From Candidatus Hadarchaeota archaeon (GTDB taxonomy: Archaea > CAYQAE01 > CAYVLA01): a stretch of DNA of 35,610 nucleotides. The notes beneath the pieces were generated by a model. That model saw only the letters and a program-made list of their open reading frames with translations, had not been told where the DNA came from and did not search any database. The translations under genes were made by a program, and so were the position numbers. Location of the stretch: positions 1-35,610 of the forward strand of contig CAYVLA010000023.1 of NCBI GenBank assembly GCA_964452145.1, read 5' to 3'. This document shows, piece by piece, positions 34,693 through 35,610 of the stretch; positions within the stretch are counted from its first letter, which is position 1, and every line of letters begins with the position of its first letter.

Positions 34693-35523
34693 ATGGTGTA
34701 TGGCAATCTGGATGATCCCAAGGTCTTGAGCTGGCTGTCAAGGAACATCATCGGCATCGATGTGGAGGAGGTACCATCAACGATCATAGTCGCCCCGTAC
34801 AGCTTCGACGCGCTTCTTGGCAGGGGTGCACTACTCAGAGTTGCGAGATTAAGGGGCTTCGCCCACCGTGAAGTGAGGATTCCAGGACGGACGCCCGCCA
34901 AGAGCTACATGATGATCACCGAGGGCCGCCGGGTAGCACTTTTCCTCGTCACTGGAGTTGGCGTCGCCTTCGCCGCTGATGTAGCGATGCTGCTCTCGAA
35001 GATCCCGGCTGTTGTTGAAGTCATCTTCCTCGGCAGTGCGGCTTGCATATCCGACCAGATGAAGACCAGAGACTTCAACCTCCCGTCTAGGTGTGTGAGA
35101 AACGAGAAGATACTCGAGGACCGATACCCCCTCGAGATCGAGGCCAAGGCCTTTGAGGAACTCCGGCAAAGCCTGAGCGACAAGCTCGAGGCATACGCAG
35201 AGAGGTCGGGCCAAAGGGTGCACAACGGCCTACACTGCACCGTCCCGTACCTGACCAGTGAGACCATCGAGTTCCTCACGGACCTCAAGCATAGGGGCAT
35301 CTACACTGTTGATATGGAGCTCAGCGTTTACTACACGATACTTGGGCGATCAGAGAAGAGGGTTGCCGGAGTGGTCGTTGGAGAGGACAGACCTCTGGAA
35401 TCCATCTTGATGGAGGATGCACAGAGCGACCGTGACAGGCAAGCGGGCGCATGCCTAACCGCAGCTGTGTTCGACTACCTCGAGGATACCATCGACGCAC
35501 ACCGGCTACCCCTGACCGGCTGA
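34693..35523 (+). CDS. Purine/uridine nucleoside phosphorylase-family protein
   Basis: GVGVAFAA, IFLGSAACI, ETIE and YTVDMELS motifs of the PNP_UDP_1 fold. Start is ATG 34693 or GTG 34687. Confidence 0.8.
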   Translation: MVYGNLDDPKVLSWLSRNIIGIDVEEVPSTIIVAPYSFDALLGRGALLRVARLRGFAHREVRIPGRTPAKSYMMITEGRRVALFLVTGVGVAFAADVAMLLSKIPAVVEVIFLGSAACISDQMKTRDFNLPSRCVRNEKILEDRYPLEIEAKAFEELRQSLSDKLEAYAERSGQRVHNGLHCTVPYLTSETIEFLTDLKHRGIYTVDMELSVYYTILGRSEKRVAGVVVGEDRPLESILMEDAQSDRDRQAGACLTAAVFDYLEDTIDAHRLPLTG

Positions 35524-35610
35524 CGAACGCCTCCCAAATACCCTTGTCCATCCCTTCTTCGGGTGGTTGACCACTGCCCCCCGCCAGCCCCCAGCCTCTC
35601 TCTCCGAGCC

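Noticed and set aside
1..35610. CRISPR array, tRNA/rRNA, IS element or integrase
   Set aside because: No regularly spaced repeats, cloverleaf/T-loop context, transposase or recombinase motifs, or terminal inverted repeats were found by eye. A covariance-model scan was not possible.

Overview
GC-rich prokaryotic window that is most likely archaeal. The evidence is TATA-like boxes about 22-32 nt upstream of several start codons (leaderless-style), GGTGA/GGAGG ribosome-binding sites, archaeal-type PIN/AbrB and UPF0175/DUF3368 pairs, and an archaeosortase-like C-terminal anchor. The first 5.2 kb holds three toxin-antitoxin-type pairs and a head-to-head junction between two truncated genes. The rest is a loosely organised accessory region rich in carbohydrate-processing folds: BNR/sialidase-like, L-rhamnose isomerase, sulfatase, beta-helix, GH50-like, GH42-like, GH28-like, an orphan TIM-barrel and a NodB-like surface protein. 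It also encodes two UroD/MtaA-like paralogs, a nitrilase, a DegT aminotransferase, a Re-citrate synthase-like enzyme and a nucleoside phosphorylase-like protein. Main leads: (i) three paralogous membrane-anchored GATase1-like proteins with a strongly conserved C-terminal module; (ii) a membrane protein apparently fusing BsuPI-like and emfourin-like protease-inhibitor domains; (iii) several enzyme folds with non-canonical catalytic residues. Several decayed gene remnants fill intergenic gaps. I saw no tRNA, rRNA, CRISPR array, integrase or transposase. All family assignments come from motif recognition by eye, not from database searches.
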